DNA from: Chiloscyllium plagiosum
Taxonomy: Eukaryota
Assembly (NCBI RefSeq): GCF_004010195.1
Contig: NC_057719.1
Coordinates: 91,572,512 to 91,636,511 of the forward strand
Length of the DNA: 64,000 nucleotides
Direction of reading: 5' to 3'
Each line of letters starts with the position of its first letter. The stretch's first letter is position 1. The position numbers and the translations under genes are program-made. Under the pieces are notes generated by a model. The model was not told the DNA's origin. It did not search any database and saw only the letters and a program-made list of their open reading frames with translations. This document shows, piece by piece, positions 11,970 through 26,395 of this stretch.

Positions 11970-14275
11970 TTATAGAGTCATACAGATGTACAGCACGGGA
12001 ACAAACCCTTCGGTCCAACCCGGCCATCCGACCAGTTTTCCCAACCCAATCTAGTCCCACCTGCCAGCACCCGGCCCAAAACCCCTCCAAACCCTTCCTA
12101 TTCATATACCCATCCAAGTGCCTTTTAAATGTTGCAATTGTACCAGCCTCCACCACATCCTATGGCATACATGTACCACACTCTGCATGAAAAAGTTGCA
12201 CCTGAGGTCACAGAAGACACCCTTTAAACCATCAAAACTGTACTGCCAAAAGTATGCTACTACCTACACTAGCCCCATTTGAATGTTATGACACAAGTGC
12301 TCATCCAAATACGTTTTTAAAGTCATGAGGTTTCTGCCTGAACTACACTCCATGACAGCCCATTATTGACCTCCGCCATCCTGTGGGTGAGAAGAAAATT
12401 CTCAAATCCTTTCTCAACCATCTGCCTTTCACTTCAAAATTATTCCTCCTTGTTCTTGACCCTTCAACTAAGGGGAACAGGTGCTTTCTAATCACTCTGT
12501 CTATGCCATTCATAATCTTCTATAGCTCTATCAGGTTCCCTTTTCAACCTTTTCTGCTCCAAAGAAAACAATGAGAGATTTTCCAGTCTCTCTTCATAGC
12601 TGAAATGCTGCATCCAAGGCAACATCCTGGTGAATCTCCTTTGCACCTCTCCAGTGGAATCACAGCCTTCCTCTTGTGTGTAGACCAGAACAGCCCAGTG
12701 TTCCAGCTGTAGGCTAACCAAAGTCCTGTAGCCTTACCACAGCTCCAACCTAACCTTCCTGCTCTTATCATCTCTGCCTGGATTGATATAGGCAAGTGTT
12801 GCATAGGCCTTCTCAACTACCCTAGTAACCTGTCCTGCCACCTCCAGGGATACATGATCAAGCATTCTAAGATCCCACTGCTCGTGAGCTTCATCATGTC
12901 TTGCCATTCATTGATTACTCCCTTGCCTTGTTGCTTGTTACAAAGTGCATTATCTCACATTTATCAGCATTAAATTCCATCGGACGTTGATCTACCCATC
13001 AGACCAACCAGTTTACATACCCCTGTAACCTATTACTTTTGTCTCCAGTGTCAGCCAACATTTGCATCATCAATCTTATTTATCACTGCTCCCACATTCA
13101 AAACTGCATCACTTATCTTGATCAGATGGGCCAATGGGCTGAGAAGTGGCACTTGGGAGTTTAATCTAGATAAATGTGAGGTGCTGCATTTTGGAAAGAC
13201 AAATCAGGACAGGGCTTATACACTTGGTAAGGTCCTGGGAAGTGTTGCTGAACAAAGACCTTGGAGTTCAGGTTCATAACTCTTTGAAAGTGAAGACGCA
13301 AGTAGACAGGGTAGTGAAGGCAGCATTTGGTACGCTTGCCTTTATTGATCAATGCATTGAATATAGAAGTTGAAAGTAATGCTGTGGCTGTGCAGGCCAT
13401 TGGTTAGGTGACTTTTGGAATTGTGTTCAATTCTGATCTTCCTGCTGTTGAAAAGATGTTATTAAATTTGAAAGGGTTCAGAAAAGATTTACAAGGATGT
13501 TGCCATGGTTGAAGGGTCTGAGCTATAGAGAGAGGCTGATCAGGGTGGGGCTATTTTCCCTGGAATATTGGAGGTTGAGGGGTGACCTTGTAGAAGTCTA
13601 TAAAATCATAGGGGCTTGGATAGTCAAGGTCTTTTTCCCAGGGTGATGGAATCTAAAGCAGGAGGGCACAGGTTTAAATTGAGAGAGGAAAGATTTAAAA
13701 GGGACCTAAGGAGCAATGTTTTTACACAAAGGTGTACAGAATGAACTGCAGAAGCAGTGGTGAAGGCTAGTATAATTACCATATTTAAAAGGTATCTGAA
13801 TGGGTAAATGAATAAGACGGGTTGAGGGAGATATGAGCTAAATGCTGGCAAATGGGACTAGATTAATTTAGGATACCTGGTTAGCATGGATGAGTTTGAC
13901 AATAGAGTCTGTTGTCATGGTGTACATTTCTGTGGCTCTATTTATATATATCATGAACAAGGAGGGACCCAGCACTGATCCCTGTGGTATGCCACTGGAC
14001 ACTGGTCTCCAGTAACAAAAACAACCTTCTACCACCACCCTCTGTCTCCTGTCATTATGCCAATTTTGGATCCACTTTACCCAGTTACCTTGCATGCCAT
14101 AAGCTTTTATCTTGTTAATCAGTTTCCTGGGTGGGACCTTGTCAATGGCCTTGCTAAAATCCATATAAACTACATCAACTATCCCAACCTTGTCACCTCC
14201 TTGAACAATTCCACCAGATTTGTTAGGCATGACCCCCTTCTGACAAAGTCATGCTGACTATTTCTGATTGACCTA
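11970..14275 (-). mobile_element. Nested CR1 fragments: minus-strand copies with a plus-strand CR1 3' half (~13120-13940) inserted
   Basis: [34 protein letters not shown]; orientation switches at ~13120 and ~13942. Confidence 0.85.
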
Positions 14276-14480
14276 AAATAATTTTCCTGCCCCTTTAAGG
14301 ACAGCTCACTCTTTCCTGTATGAAAAGGGGCATTTCTGTATACTTACAGGAAGCCTGAATGAGAGCAGCATTCACATTAGTTTATAAAATGTAGTTTTGA
14401 TCACCTTCCCATGAAGGAACAGTATGGAGCATGAAATAAGGCAATTAAAAAGGAAAATTAGCAACATGCGCATCACATAC

Positions 14481-14635
14481 CTTCTGTATCATTGCTTCAC
14501 TCCACAACCGCCCGGTAGAATCCACAGCCCGCTGGAGAACTGTTCGGAGGATTAGCATTAAAACATCGCAGTTCAAAATGTTTGTGACCTTCACAAATGT
14601 GGAATAGAATGGAGGAGGGAGGGGTGGTGGCAGGG
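14481..14635 (-). CDS. UBR1: UBR1 coding exon, 155 nt (A-LPPPLPPPFYSTFVKVTNILNCDVLMLILRTVLQRAVDSTGRLWSEAMIQK)
   Basis: ctttcag|CC CTG...AAG|gtatg; polyproline plus LNCD motif; phase 1/0. Confidence 0.95.
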
Positions 14636-14710
14636 CTGAAAGACAGATTGCAAACAGTCCATTAACAAGTCGGTCTACTCAATCATAACCGAGCGTGATA
14701 AAACTAGCAG

Positions 14711-14885
14711 TCAAGATTAGAGTGGTGTTGGAAAAGTACAGTTGGCCTCATTCCTGCTGAAGGGCTTTTCCATGAAACGTCCATTTTCCTGTTCCTCGGA
14801 TGCTGCCTGATCTGCTGCACTTTTCCAGCACCATTCTAATCTTGACTCTAATCTCCAGCATCTGCAGTCCTCATTTTCGCCCTGT
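14711..14885. mobile_element. Short fold-back Penelope-derived element with TSD, ~75 nt from a UBR1 acceptor
   Basis: taaaactagcag (14699-14710) and taaaagtagcag (14886-14897); inverted arms tcaagattagagtggtg/caccattctaatcttga; degenerate hammerhead core. Confidence 0.78.
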
Positions 14886-15273
14886 TAAAAGTAGCAGACC
14901 ACAATCAATACATTTATGCTTCAGATCAAACAGGTAAATAAAACTTCAAATCTCAAAACCACATCATATAATGCCAGATCCTGTAGTCTCTGCACTACAA
15001 AAACAGCACACAAGATTTGTAAGCATTGAACCAAAATTTGAAGAATGCAATACTCAGGAAATATTGCTGATTTCGAGTTTCTAATCTGTGCAAGAGAGAT
15101 GATGGGGTTACCTGTTAAGGTTTATAAACTGTGAATCAATTTCACAGTTTCTCCACATACATGCTACTTGTCCTTGTGAATGTACGAGCACAATTACCAA
15201 CAGATCAAATATAAAATTAGGTAAAAATTAGTTTAACAAAATGTGTTGAGAATATAAAAGTCGGAAGCACAAG

Positions 15274-15577
15274 GTTAGATTACTTACTGTCTGGAAACAG
15301 ACCCTTTGGCCCAACAGGTCCACACTGATCCTCCGAAGAGCAACCCACCCAGACCCATTCCCCTACATTTCCCCCTTCTCCTAACACTATGGGAAACTTA
15401 GACTGGCCAATTCACCTAACTTGCACATTTTTGGACTGTAGGAGGAAACCGGAGCACCCGGAGGAAACCCACGCAGACACGGGGCGAATGTGCAAACTCC
15501 ACACAGACAGTCGCCCGAACTTGGGACCCTAGTGATGTGAGGCAGCAATGCTAACCAGTGAGCCACTGTGCCGCCCC
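15274..15577 (-). mobile_element. HE1-type SINE
   Basis: Reverse complement of the HE1 sequence seen at 8213 and 33444. Confidence 0.88.
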
Positions 15578-16467
15578 AAAGTGAGATAATTCACCATGTT
15601 CAGCAAAGATGTAATCAATGGGAAAGAAAGACACTCTCGGGGCAGAACCTTTTCATCCAGGATATGGCACATATGGATACAGACATTACAATCAGATTCC
15701 GGGCAGGGTTAGACTAATTAATACAGTTCCAGACAGATACGCTGAATTGTCAAGCTCTTGGCATCCTTTCTTTGTAAACCTAACCTCTTGTTTGATTGCA
15801 GCAAGGTTAGTTCAAAGGATCCCCTTTTAAATTTACATTTTAAAAGAAGCTAATTTATCCAGGCTTTCTGGAGTTAACAAAACAATAAGTTGTTTTTGAA
15901 GCTCCTAAACATGGGAAGAAATAACACCAAAGAATAGATAGATCACAATCGCTCGAGAAGAGTAGAGTGGAGTGTTGATAGTTGAGCAGTCAATTTTGAT
16001 ATTCACAATTTTGTAGATTGACTGAAATTCTTTTGCGTTGTTTCCTTTTAACTAGCTGGCTAACCTGGGTCTCTGGCGCTGTGAGGCAGCAGTGCTAACC
16101 ACTGTGCTACTGTGCCACCCACTGGTTAAAGTAGTTAACATTGATAGGTTCAAGGGGATGTTTGATGAATAGACAAAGGACAGGAAAGGGATAACAGCCA
16201 AGCTCAGAAGAACTGATTAGGTCAGGAAGAGGCTTGAGTGAAGTATTAAGAGCACACTGACCAGGGTCAGTCTAGAGCCCTGGCAGCATTTGCATGACAT
16301 TGAGACATTGTACCTTTCAAAGCATTAGTAAATGGCATTTTGATTATTGTACAGCTTGTGTTATTTGTGGTCGATTGTTTTCATTTTTGCCAGGTATCTG
16401 CTCAATGTTTCTTTTGTCATAGACATGGATAATAAAGCTGAAGAATTACAGAACAATGTAGAGAAAC

Positions 16468-19400
16468 AGACAGGAGATTCTGTGGTCCCGCACAAGACTT
16501 CTGGATGGCATGTTGCCTTCCGGATGCCAGGGTCAAGACTGTCTCTGATCGATTCTACAGGATTGAGGGGGAGGGTGAGCAGCCAGAAATTGTGATGCAC
16601 ATCAGTATCAATGACATAGCCAAGAAAAGGTATGAGGACCTGAAAAAGGAGTTAGGTTGGAAGCTAAAAGGCAGGACAAGCAGAATAGTAATCTCAGAAT
16701 GGCTACCGGTGCCATGTGCTAGTGAGGATAGGAACAGACAGCGAGTTCAGCTGAACACGTGCTTGCAGGGCCAGTGTAGGAGGGAGGGCTTTAGAGACAT
16801 GGATCATCGGGATACCTTCTGGGGAAAATGGGACCTGTACAAGGAGGACAGGTTGCACCTGAACTGGAGGGGACTAATATGGTGGGCGGGAGGTTTGCTA
16901 GAGCTCTTCGGGAGGGTTTAAACTAGTTTGGCAAGGGGATGGGAACCAGAGCAATGGATCAGAGGATGGGGTAGCTGGTGAACAGGCAGATACAGCGTGC
17001 AGAGTCTGTGAGGAAGGATAGACAGTTGATAGGGCAAAGTTGCAATCAGTGTGACACAATGACGTGTGTCTACTATAACGCAAAATGTATGAGGAATAAG
17101 GATGAAGAACAGAGCATGGATCAGTACTTGGAGCTAAAATGTTGTGACCATTACGGTGACTTGGATATCACAGGGGCAGAAATGGTTGTTGGATGTTCCA
17201 GGGTTTAAGTCTTTCAGAAGGAACAGGGAGAGAGGTAGAGGAGTGGCATTGCTAATCAGGGATAGTATGACACTGCAGAAAGGGAGGTTGTCAAGGCAGG
17301 TTTGTCTATAGAGTCAGTAAGGGTGGAAGCCAGAAACAGGAAAGGAGCAGTCACTTTATTGGGAGTTTTCTATTGAACCCCCAATAGCAACAGAGACACA
17401 GAGAAGCAGATTTTGGAAAGGTCAGAAGTAACAGAGTTGTTGTCATCGGTGACTTCAATTTTGCTAATGTTGATTGGAACCTCCTTCATGCAAATAGTTT
17501 GGATGGAGCAGATTTTGTCAGGTGTATCCAGGAAGGATTCCTGAGTCAATATGTAGATAGGCCAACCAGAGGGGAGGCCATATTGGATTTGAGGCTTGGC
17601 AACGAACCAGGCCATGTGTCAGATCTCTCGGTGGGCCAGCATTTTGGTGATAGTGATCACAACTCCAAGACTGTTACCATACTCGTGGGGAGGGAAAGGA
17701 GCAGACGGTATGGGAAAGTATTTAATTGGGGGAGGAGGGATTACAATGCTATTAGCCAGGAACTGTGCAGCATAAATTAGGAACAGATATTCTCAGGGAA
17801 ATGCATGACAGAATTGTGGAGATCGTTTAGGGAGCACCTGCTGATAGTGCTGGATAGGGATAGTAGGGTGAAGGAAACTTGAGTGACAAGAGATGTGGAA
17901 CATTTAGTCAAGATGAAGAGAAAAGCTTGCTTAAGGTTGAGGAACAAGAGGATGGCCAGAGTGAGGGTAGGCCTGATCAGGGATAGTGGAGGGAATGTGC
18001 GTCTGGAGTTGGAGGAGGTAGGGGAGGACCTTAATGAATACTTTGCTTCAGTATTCACTAGTGAGGGGGACCTTGACATTTGTGAGAACAGCATGAAAAA
18101 GGCTGATACTCTCAAACAAGTTAAGGAGGATGTCCTGGAAATTTTGAAAAACATGAGGATAGTAAGTAACCTCGGCCAGATGGGATTTACCCAAGGTTAT
18201 TATGGGAAGCAAGGGAAGAAATTGCTGTGCCTTTGGCAATAATCTTTGTGTCGTCACTGTCCACTGCAGTAGTACCAGATGATTGGAGGATGGCAAATGT
18301 TCAAGGGATGGCAAGGGATGTTATTCCCTTGTTCAAGAAAGGGAATAGGATAACCCTGGGAATTACAGACCAGTCAGTCTTACGTCAGTGGTGGACAAAT
18401 TATTGAACAGGATTCTGATAGACCAGATTTATGATTATTTGGAAAAGCATAGTTTGATTAGATAAAGTCAGAATGGCTTTGTGAAGGGCAGGTCATGCCT
18501 CACAAGCCTTATTGAATTCTTTGATGATGCGACAAAACACATTTATGAAGGTAGAACAGTGGATGTGGTGTATATGGATTTTAGCAAGGCGCTTGATAAG
18601 GTTCCCCTTGGTAGGCTCATTCAGAAAGTAAGGAGACATTAGATACAGGCTGTCTGGGTACAGAATTGGCTGGCCCATTGAAGACAGAGGGTGGCAGTTG
18701 ATGGAAAGTATTCAGCCTGGAGCCCGTTGACCAGTGGTCTTCTGCAGAGATCTGTTCTGGACCTCTGTTCATTTTGATTTTTATGAATAACTTGGATAAG
18801 GAAGAAGGATGGGTGAGTAAGTTTGCCGAAGACATGAAGGTTGGTAGAGTTGTGGTTAGTGTGGAGGCGTGTTGTAGGTTGCAATGGAACATTGACAGGA
18901 TGCAAAGCTGGGTTGAGAAATCGCAGATGGAGTTCCACCTGGAAAAATGTGAAATTATTAATTTTGGAAAGTCAAATTTAAATGTGGATTATAGGGTTAA
19001 AGACAAGATTCTTGGCATTGTTGAGGAACAGAGGGATCTTGGGGTCCAGGGCAGTATAATGGCTCAGTGGTTAGCACTGCTGCCACACAGCACCAGGGAC
19101 CTGTGTTCAGCTCCAGCCACGGGCCATTGTTTGTGTGGCATCTGCACATTCTCCCTGTGTCTGTGTAGGTTTCCTCCAGGTGCTCTGGTTTCCTCAGTCC
19201 AAAGCTGCGCAGGTTAGGTGAACTGGCCATGCTAAATTGCCCATAGTGTTCAAGGATGTGATGGTTAGGTGCATTAGTCAGGGGAAATGTAGAATAATGG
19301 GGTAGGGGAATGTGTCTGGGTGGGATACTCTTCGGATGGTTGGTGTGGACTTGTTAGGCCAAATGACCCATTTCCACACTGTAGGGATTCTATGATTCTA

Positions 19401-20061
19401 TGATGTATAACATCCATAGATCCCTTAAAGCTGCCAAGTTGATAGGGTTGTTAAGAAGTGGTATGGTGTGTTGGCTTTCATTAGCAGGGGGACTGGGTTT
19501 AAGAGCCACAAGGTTATGCTGTAGTTATATAGAGCCCTGGTTAGACTTCACTTGGAATATTGTGCTCAGTTCTAGTCACCTCATTAAGGGAAGGATGAAG
19601 CAGCTTTAGAAAGGGTGCAAAGGATGCTGCCTGGGGACTGGGACTGGAGGGCATATCAAATGAAGAAAGGTTGAGGGAGCTAGGACTTTCCTCATTGGAG
19701 TGAAGAAGGATAAGAGGTAACTTGACAGAGGTGTACAAGATGATGAGAGGCACAGATAGAGTGGATAGCCAGAGACTTTTCCGAAGGGCAGAAATGGCTA
19801 TTTCAAGGGGCATATTTTTAAGGTGATTGAAGGAAGGTTTAGGGGCAATATGAGAGGTAGATTCTTTACACAGAGTAGTGGAATGCACTGCCAGCAGTGG
19901 TAGTAGATGCAATAGGGACATTTAAGCAACTCTTGGATAGACACGTGGATAATAGTAAAATGAAAGGTATGGAGGTTAGTTTGATCTTAAAGTAGGATAA
20001 AAGGTCAGCACAACATAGAGGGCTGAATGGCCTGTACTGTGCTATACTGTTCTATGTTCTA
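16468..20061 (+). mobile_element. Long decayed CR1 LINE: ORF1 esterase, ORF2 APE-RT and 3' tail
   Basis: ORF1 CCLPDARV...EQPEIVMHISINDI...DRLHLN (SGNH esterase-like); APE QYVDRPTRGEAILDL...SDHN; RT SKFAEDMK; tail ttctatgttcta. Confidence 0.9.
19049..19403 (+). mobile_element. HE1-type SINE nested in the CR1 above
   Basis: tRNA head, HE1 body and (TTCTATGA)n tail interrupting CR1 right after QRDLGV. Confidence 0.87.
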
Positions 20062-21043
20062 CAGTAAGAATGCTAGGCAATATTTAATTCAAAATCAAGT
20101 CACACTTCACATAATTCAATTAAGTGAAAAGCTGTGTTTGCCTTTGTACAACCATCTGCTTATTTTTGCAATAGTTAATTAAAATAATAAAATGTTGCCT
20201 TGTAAGTTATGATAAGCAATATTCTAACATCAAAAATGAGTTTTCAGTGATGCAACAAGTATAGCCTCAGTTACATCCAATCGGAAATTTTGTTGGGGCA
20301 ACTGACAAACTGTTCTTCACATCCAGCACCACGTCTCCTAAGTCTGACCTCTCTGAAAGGAGAACTTCTTCTAGAAATTGCTCCAGACTTATTACAAAAA
20401 TGCAGTGCAGAACTCAGTTGTTTTGTTGAGTTGGGTACCACACACACAAACACACACACAGCAATTCTTCCTGAAAATTATGTGGTCTTGTTCTACACTT
20501 TGACATGGAGCAAAGGTCATTCTTTATTTAAACTGTAAATAAATATCTCAATCATAAGATCCTATAACTCCCTCATCACAAATCCAGTTTACACCGGTCC
20601 CAAAACAGCCCTTTGCTCTAAGCTATCTACACACTCAATCGGAAAACTTTAAAGGATCCATTTACACATCGACATCACTTAACTGGAAATTACTGCTACC
20701 TCTCTCAGATCTCTTGGTGGAGATCCTGACACTCAGGCAGGTAACAAATTGTGAGACTGCCTGCCCCAAATGGATTTAAAATGAGTTGTACCCATGAAAA
20801 CACTGTAGTTCTCACTGCACCAAAGTTATATGCTTTCATGTCACAGCTCAAGGTGATTATATGCCCCAGACTTGTACTGTGCTTAGAAAATTAACTTATA
20901 GTAGCCGTATATGTAATGGCTGCACATAAACAATAGATACCTTGCATCTGCATACTTAAATAATTCATTGCTCAATTACAAGTTCACCAAAAGCAAGCAA
21001 CAGACAGCGAAAATGGAATTTCAAAACATAATTGAGATAGTTT

Positions 21044-21420
21044 AGGGGAGACAACAGCCTCGTGGTATTATCGCTGGACTGTTAATTTAGACACTCAAAT
21101 AATAAGCTGAGGACCGAGGTTGGAAACCGGCCATGGCAGATGGTGAAATTTGAGTTCAGTAACGAAAAAAATTTAAATCTGAAATTTAAATCTGAATCTA
21201 ATGATCACCATGTATCCATAGTCAATTGTCAGAAAAACTCATCTGGGTCACTAATGTCAGTTTGGGAACAAAACAGCTATATTTACCTGGTCTGGCTTAC
21301 ATGTGATTCCAGATGCACAGCAATGTGGTTGACATTTAACTGCCCTCTGCGTAATTAGGGATGGGCAATACATGCTGCCCAGCCAGCAACGTCCTCATCC
21401 CATGACTGAATTTTAAAAAA
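21044..21420 (+). mobile_element. Head+tail SINE of the tRNA-headed LINE family
   Basis: Same head and body as 430-682; after tgccctctg it joins directly to aattagggatgggcaata, the 3' tail of the 35123-38610 element. Confidence 0.8.
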
Positions 21421-22463
21421 GTCAAAAATTATTTAATTGTTATTTTGTGCAATACTGCCTTCACCTGAACTACACACTTAGGAACTCAGGAACAGGAATA
21501 GCATATTATGTTTCCCACTCTCTGACATCCCAAGTTGTTCTTCCACCTTCGATTAAAATGGCTCCTTTTAAAACAAATTAATTTGCGCCTAGGAAAGGTT
21601 CCACTAGGAATGGGATCCATTGTTAAACTAGTTGTGACTAACCAAGGGAGTGGGCAAATGAAGAACAGGAGCCAGTTTAACCCACCATACCTGAGAGCTG
21701 AACAATTTGGGGAATCCCATCTGGAAGTGAAATAATCTGGGGCACTTTGTTGGGATCTGCGTCTAAGAGTACACAGCAATCAGGAAAGTACTATGCAGGA
21801 AACAGACACCAAGCACAATCAGGGGCACCTGCATTATTAAAAGGGACTGTGCAGTACAAGTAGGTCATACATGGCAAAGAGAATTAGAGGGAACATTGGT
21901 CCAGGTTTCATTACAGTAAATCTATGCTGCATGACCTCAATATATCCTTCCAACAGTTTAGTGCACAGAGATGCTCAATGTAATCCATGTATGATATGAC
22001 CATTCTACCATGTGTATTGTGGTCGTCTGGATATAATGGCCAGTATTCCATTACTTCCTTTGATTATTTTCTGAATACGCTATGGCATTTTAATGATCTA
22101 TGTATCTGAATGCCCTCAAAATCTAAGATTTATAATCTCTGTCCTATTCTTTTTAGATCCAAAGTTGATGACCTCACAATTGCCTTAAATGCTCGTTTCC
22201 ATTCACTCACTCCATATCTTTTTAACTTGAAGACTCTTGCTCTTGATTAATCATCCAGCAACTCTGCAGTTCTGTCTCAATTCTCCAGCATGGTGTGTTA
22301 GCTGTGGTCATACAATGGGACTTATAAGCACTGGCAACAACCATTTAGATCTTGAAAATTACGGTATGGAAAATAAAAAAACACTCAAGACGTCACAGAC
22401 TACACGTGTTGACCCTGATAGTATCCTCAAAATACCAAACTCCTAAATTAAAACCCGAATTAC

Positions 22464-22512
22464 CTTCATTGCTGTTGGATTGTTTTTTCCTCTTCTTCTG
22501 TTCATCCTCAGC
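22464..22512 (-). CDS. UBR1: UBR1 coding exon, 49 nt (AEDEQKKRKKQSNSNE-A)
   Basis: tttattcaag|GCT...GAA G|gtaat; basic KKRKK patch; phase 0/1. Confidence 0.9.
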
Positions 22513-24644
22513 CTTGAATAAAGAGAAAACGAATGAGACAACTAACATAAGAATGCATATTTATACACCACGTTTAATGACATATAACATTTCAAGGCAC
22601 TTAACAGAAATATTATTAAACAGTATGATACCTGGTAATTGACACTTCAAATAAAAAAGTAAAATACACTTGAAATAGTTGATACAGCGAAGACCTTTAT
22701 CATTTCCAAAAACACACGTTCTTTCAATGTCCTATAATTTGGCTTCTGAGACATAGGATCTCTCACTTTCCCACTCAAACGATTCAACCCTCGAGTCACA
22801 ATTACTGGCAGCCTGACTTCATCGAAGTTCCCTGGAAAAAACTGTCACACAAAGGGTATGCTTCTGCAGAATCTTGTTCTCTCTCAATAGTCCTGAAGAC
22901 AAAGATTGCCTTGACACACCTTCATCCAACCACTTGAACATCAACTTTATTAAGCAGTCTGGTGGACTGTGGCAAAACTGAAGGTACAGCAGTAAAACTG
23001 TTCATTTCAGAATCCCTGCTCTAAATTTGTTTTGACTCTCTGTCCTGTTTACATGTATGAACCATTTGCAACTGCATGTAAGTATGCCTTCTCCTTGCTC
23101 CCCTCTGCTGCACATTTTTTCTATTTATTGTTCAAGAAAATTTCAATTAATCCCTTTACCACTGCTGCAAGCTCTCAAGTCTTTTTCAAGCTACAAACTA
23201 ATTTCACATTAAAACTATAAGATTTCCTTATAATACTATTCCATGGTCAAGATGTCTCTTGTCACAGGAATTCAAACATGCTTAGCAGCTATCACCTTTG
23301 TCCAATTCACAAAACAGGGACAGAATAACACTTAACTGACCATTAGGATCAAGCTGATGGTTTATAAGACCTATGTTCTTAGATCTTGGTGTTATCTTGG
23401 ACAACATACGGTTAATCGACAAGTTCAAACATTTTTAGTTCGCTGTCTGCAGTTCAGTAATTCCTAATAGAACAAAAACCACAAGTGCAGCAGTACTCTG
23501 AAAGACAGAGCTTCGAATTTTGTAGTAGTCATCAAACAAAGGTGGCTCAGCCAAAGAACTAGCATGGCTGCCAAAGCGCCGTTTCAGAGATTGCTTACAA
23601 ACATATAGTTATCACAGCTGGAAGTCACTAACCAATGTAATAAGAAATGGCAACATTCCTTGTGGGCTGGTATGCACAACCACAATAATCAGTGGTTTGG
23701 CAATAGGCACTAATGCTGAAGACAACAATCAACGACACCTGGAAGCTTTAAGTGTGGCACTTTTGACACAGTCTGCCTCTTCAGTCATCAAAGATGGATG
23801 AGTGGTCACCCAACACGATAAAGGTTGTTTCTGCATTTTGTGTAGATGGAGGGATGCCAATAAAGGATTTGTTGTCTGCATGAGAGATGCATTGGGCTAT
23901 TCGAAAATCTTCTTGTTATAGATCTTAATTAAGCTACTAGACACTTGGAGATATATCTATTTACTTCAGTCTTCCCTGTGGCAACGAGTTCAATATTCTC
24001 TCAGTTTCCACTGAATTCCATACGTGATTTGTTTGTGTGTTGTCCGTCTGAGACACAACAGTATATACATAGTTGAAAATACAGTTGAGACACTTAGAGC
24101 TCTAAAACTGAAACACTTAAACAAAAGAGACACACTTCTAACTACGAGAGATGTCTCAATCATTGTCTGTCACTACCCTGGGTTCTGTAATTCATCCGAA
24201 ATTCTTCTCAACATCTCCACCATGCCTCCTGACAATGTTATTCTTCAAAGTTCTGTTGAATAATCAAGGGTTTTCTCAGGCTCTTTATACACAGGTGCCA
24301 AGTGTACACCTTATTTGGAATTATCTGCGCACATGACCAATCCTGAATGTTTTGCCCAAATGCAAGCCTTTTGTGGTAGACAGAGCAGTTACTGAATTCT
24401 TATAATCTTAGCTTTTAGCAGACCTGTATGACTCAGCATAATTCCATTCACGAAGTAGCCCATTGTAAAGCCTCTTATCAGTTCTTGTTATCTTCTGCCT
24501 TATGCAAAACATGACCACATTATTTTGGAAGTTTTTTTTAATAAAAGATACATAAGTACAACCTCAGAAAAACAATTTAATAGATGAATTGGTATTAGAA
24601 TTAGCAGTAATTAGTTCAAAGATATAATGTGAGGTAATATTTAC

Positions 24645-24747
24645 CTTTGTCTGCTGTGACTTGTAGTAATGGTAGAAGAACAAATTGAAATGTTTCAGAT
24701 ATTCTGGTTTCAATTCATATACACCATGTCCAGACAATCCTGGCTTT
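24645..24747 (-). CDS. UBR1: UBR1 coding exon, 103 nt (K-KPGLSGHGVYELKPEYLKHFNLFFYHYYKSQQTK)
   Basis: ctctctag|A AAG CCA...AAG|gtaa; KPGxSGHGVYELK motif; phase 2/0. Confidence 0.95.
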
Positions 24748-24859
24748 CTAGAGAGAAGACAGCAGTTAATTGTTTGGTCTAGTTCAGTTCAGAATGCCAT
24801 AGTAATCCATCCTTTCTAGTTATAACCTGAATGGGCTTTCCATCATTTAAAAATGCAGA

Positions 24860-25216
24860 AACAGTAGCCTAGTGGCATTGTCACTGGGCGAGTATTTCCG
24901 AAGCCCTGATTAATGTTCTGTTGAAATGGGTTCAAATCATACCATTGTAGATGGTCAAATTTGAATCCAATAAAAATCTGGATTTTAAAGCTGTCTAGCC
25001 ATGCCAACGTAACGACTGTTGTCTGTTTTAAAAACCTCTGGTTCACTAATGCCCTTCAGAGAAGGAAATTTGCTGTCCTTAACTGGTCTGGCTTACATAC
25101 GACTCCAGATCCAGAGCAATGTGGCTGACACTTAACTATCCTCTGGGCATTTAAGATGGACAATAAATGTTGGCCTGGCCGGTGATGCCCATGTTTCATA
25201 AATTAATTTTAAAAAA
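24860..25216 (+). mobile_element. Head+tail SINE of the tRNA-headed LINE family
   Basis: A box TAGCCTAGTGG 24865-24875, B box GGTTCAAATC 24929-24938; same junction and tail as the 21044 copy. Confidence 0.8.
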
Positions 25217-26395
25217 GCAATGTGCATGGTCCTGTAATTAAGCATACTCAGTTTCAAAGGAATGCAAAGCGCTGGAGTTGACTACAGAATCCACTGGAAT
25301 GGTAACATATTTACACATCAGTTCACCTTTGGGCTCCACTTCACTTTTGTTTTACTCTTTTAGCCTGTGACTCTCCAGAGAAATTCATAAAACAGTGGAT
25401 CTATTCATCCACAGCTGAGAGTTTAGTTCATCAATGTCAGTAACATGGGAGATTATATAATTGAGGATTGTACTACCTTCAGAAGATTTGGAAGAAATTT
25501 AGAATGGTCAAGGACTGACTTGGTCAAAGTTTACATGATTTAAGAGAAACTTAAAGGGGGCCAAGACAGAAACTACTTTTTACTGATTGGAAAGTTCAGG
25601 ACCAAAGATCTGAATTAGACCTTGCAGAAGTGAAATTAGGAAAATTCGCCATGCATAAAGGTGGTAGCTCCTTGGAACTTTCCTCCAGAAATTACAATAA
25701 ATCAGAGACTTTAAAGGAAAAATTGATCTGAGAGTGGTCATTTTTCTTAACCAAAGATGTGAGGAATGTGGGAAAATGTAAGGTCTATGAAGTTAGGTCA
25801 CAGATCAGTCATGATGTCACTGAATGGTGGAACAGGTTTAGGTTGACTCTATGCAATCAAGAGGATATGCAGAATTTCTTTCTTGCACATTCAACAATCA
25901 TAGAACAATGTAATCTTGTGCTCAGGAGACGTTGGAAAATTCTGGCAGCAATGGGGAAGAAAACCGCACAATGCCTTGTGCCGTAGGATGTATATCCTGA
26001 TAGATGACATTCAACAATTCAGAGAAAAAAATAGATGACAATAAGCCATTGCTGGAAATGCCACAGTACTCCCTGAATTACTTGCAAAGTAAAAACAAAA
26101 TGTTTTTGTATCTCAGTTATAGAGACAATGTCAGCCAGTTGGTACAGTGGAAACTTCTTAAGACTAAGACCTAAAGTTATCAAAAAAAAGCATTCCATGG
26201 AAAAAGAACATGGCCAATGTGATATAACACAGCAGTTGGAAAATTGTTAAGCAAATATACCTTCTTTATTCAAAAGGAGAGAAAAAAAAAATAAGCAGGA
26301 AACTATGGTCCAGTTAACTTCACATTTGCTATAAAGATGATGTTGTTATTAAAAACACATTTGTACTGCACTTTGCAATAGTTAAGACAATCAGG

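Noticed and set aside
16505..16921. Stand-alone esterase or domesticated gene
   Set aside because: It is the ORF1 esterase region of a decayed CR1, directly followed by frameshifted ORF2.
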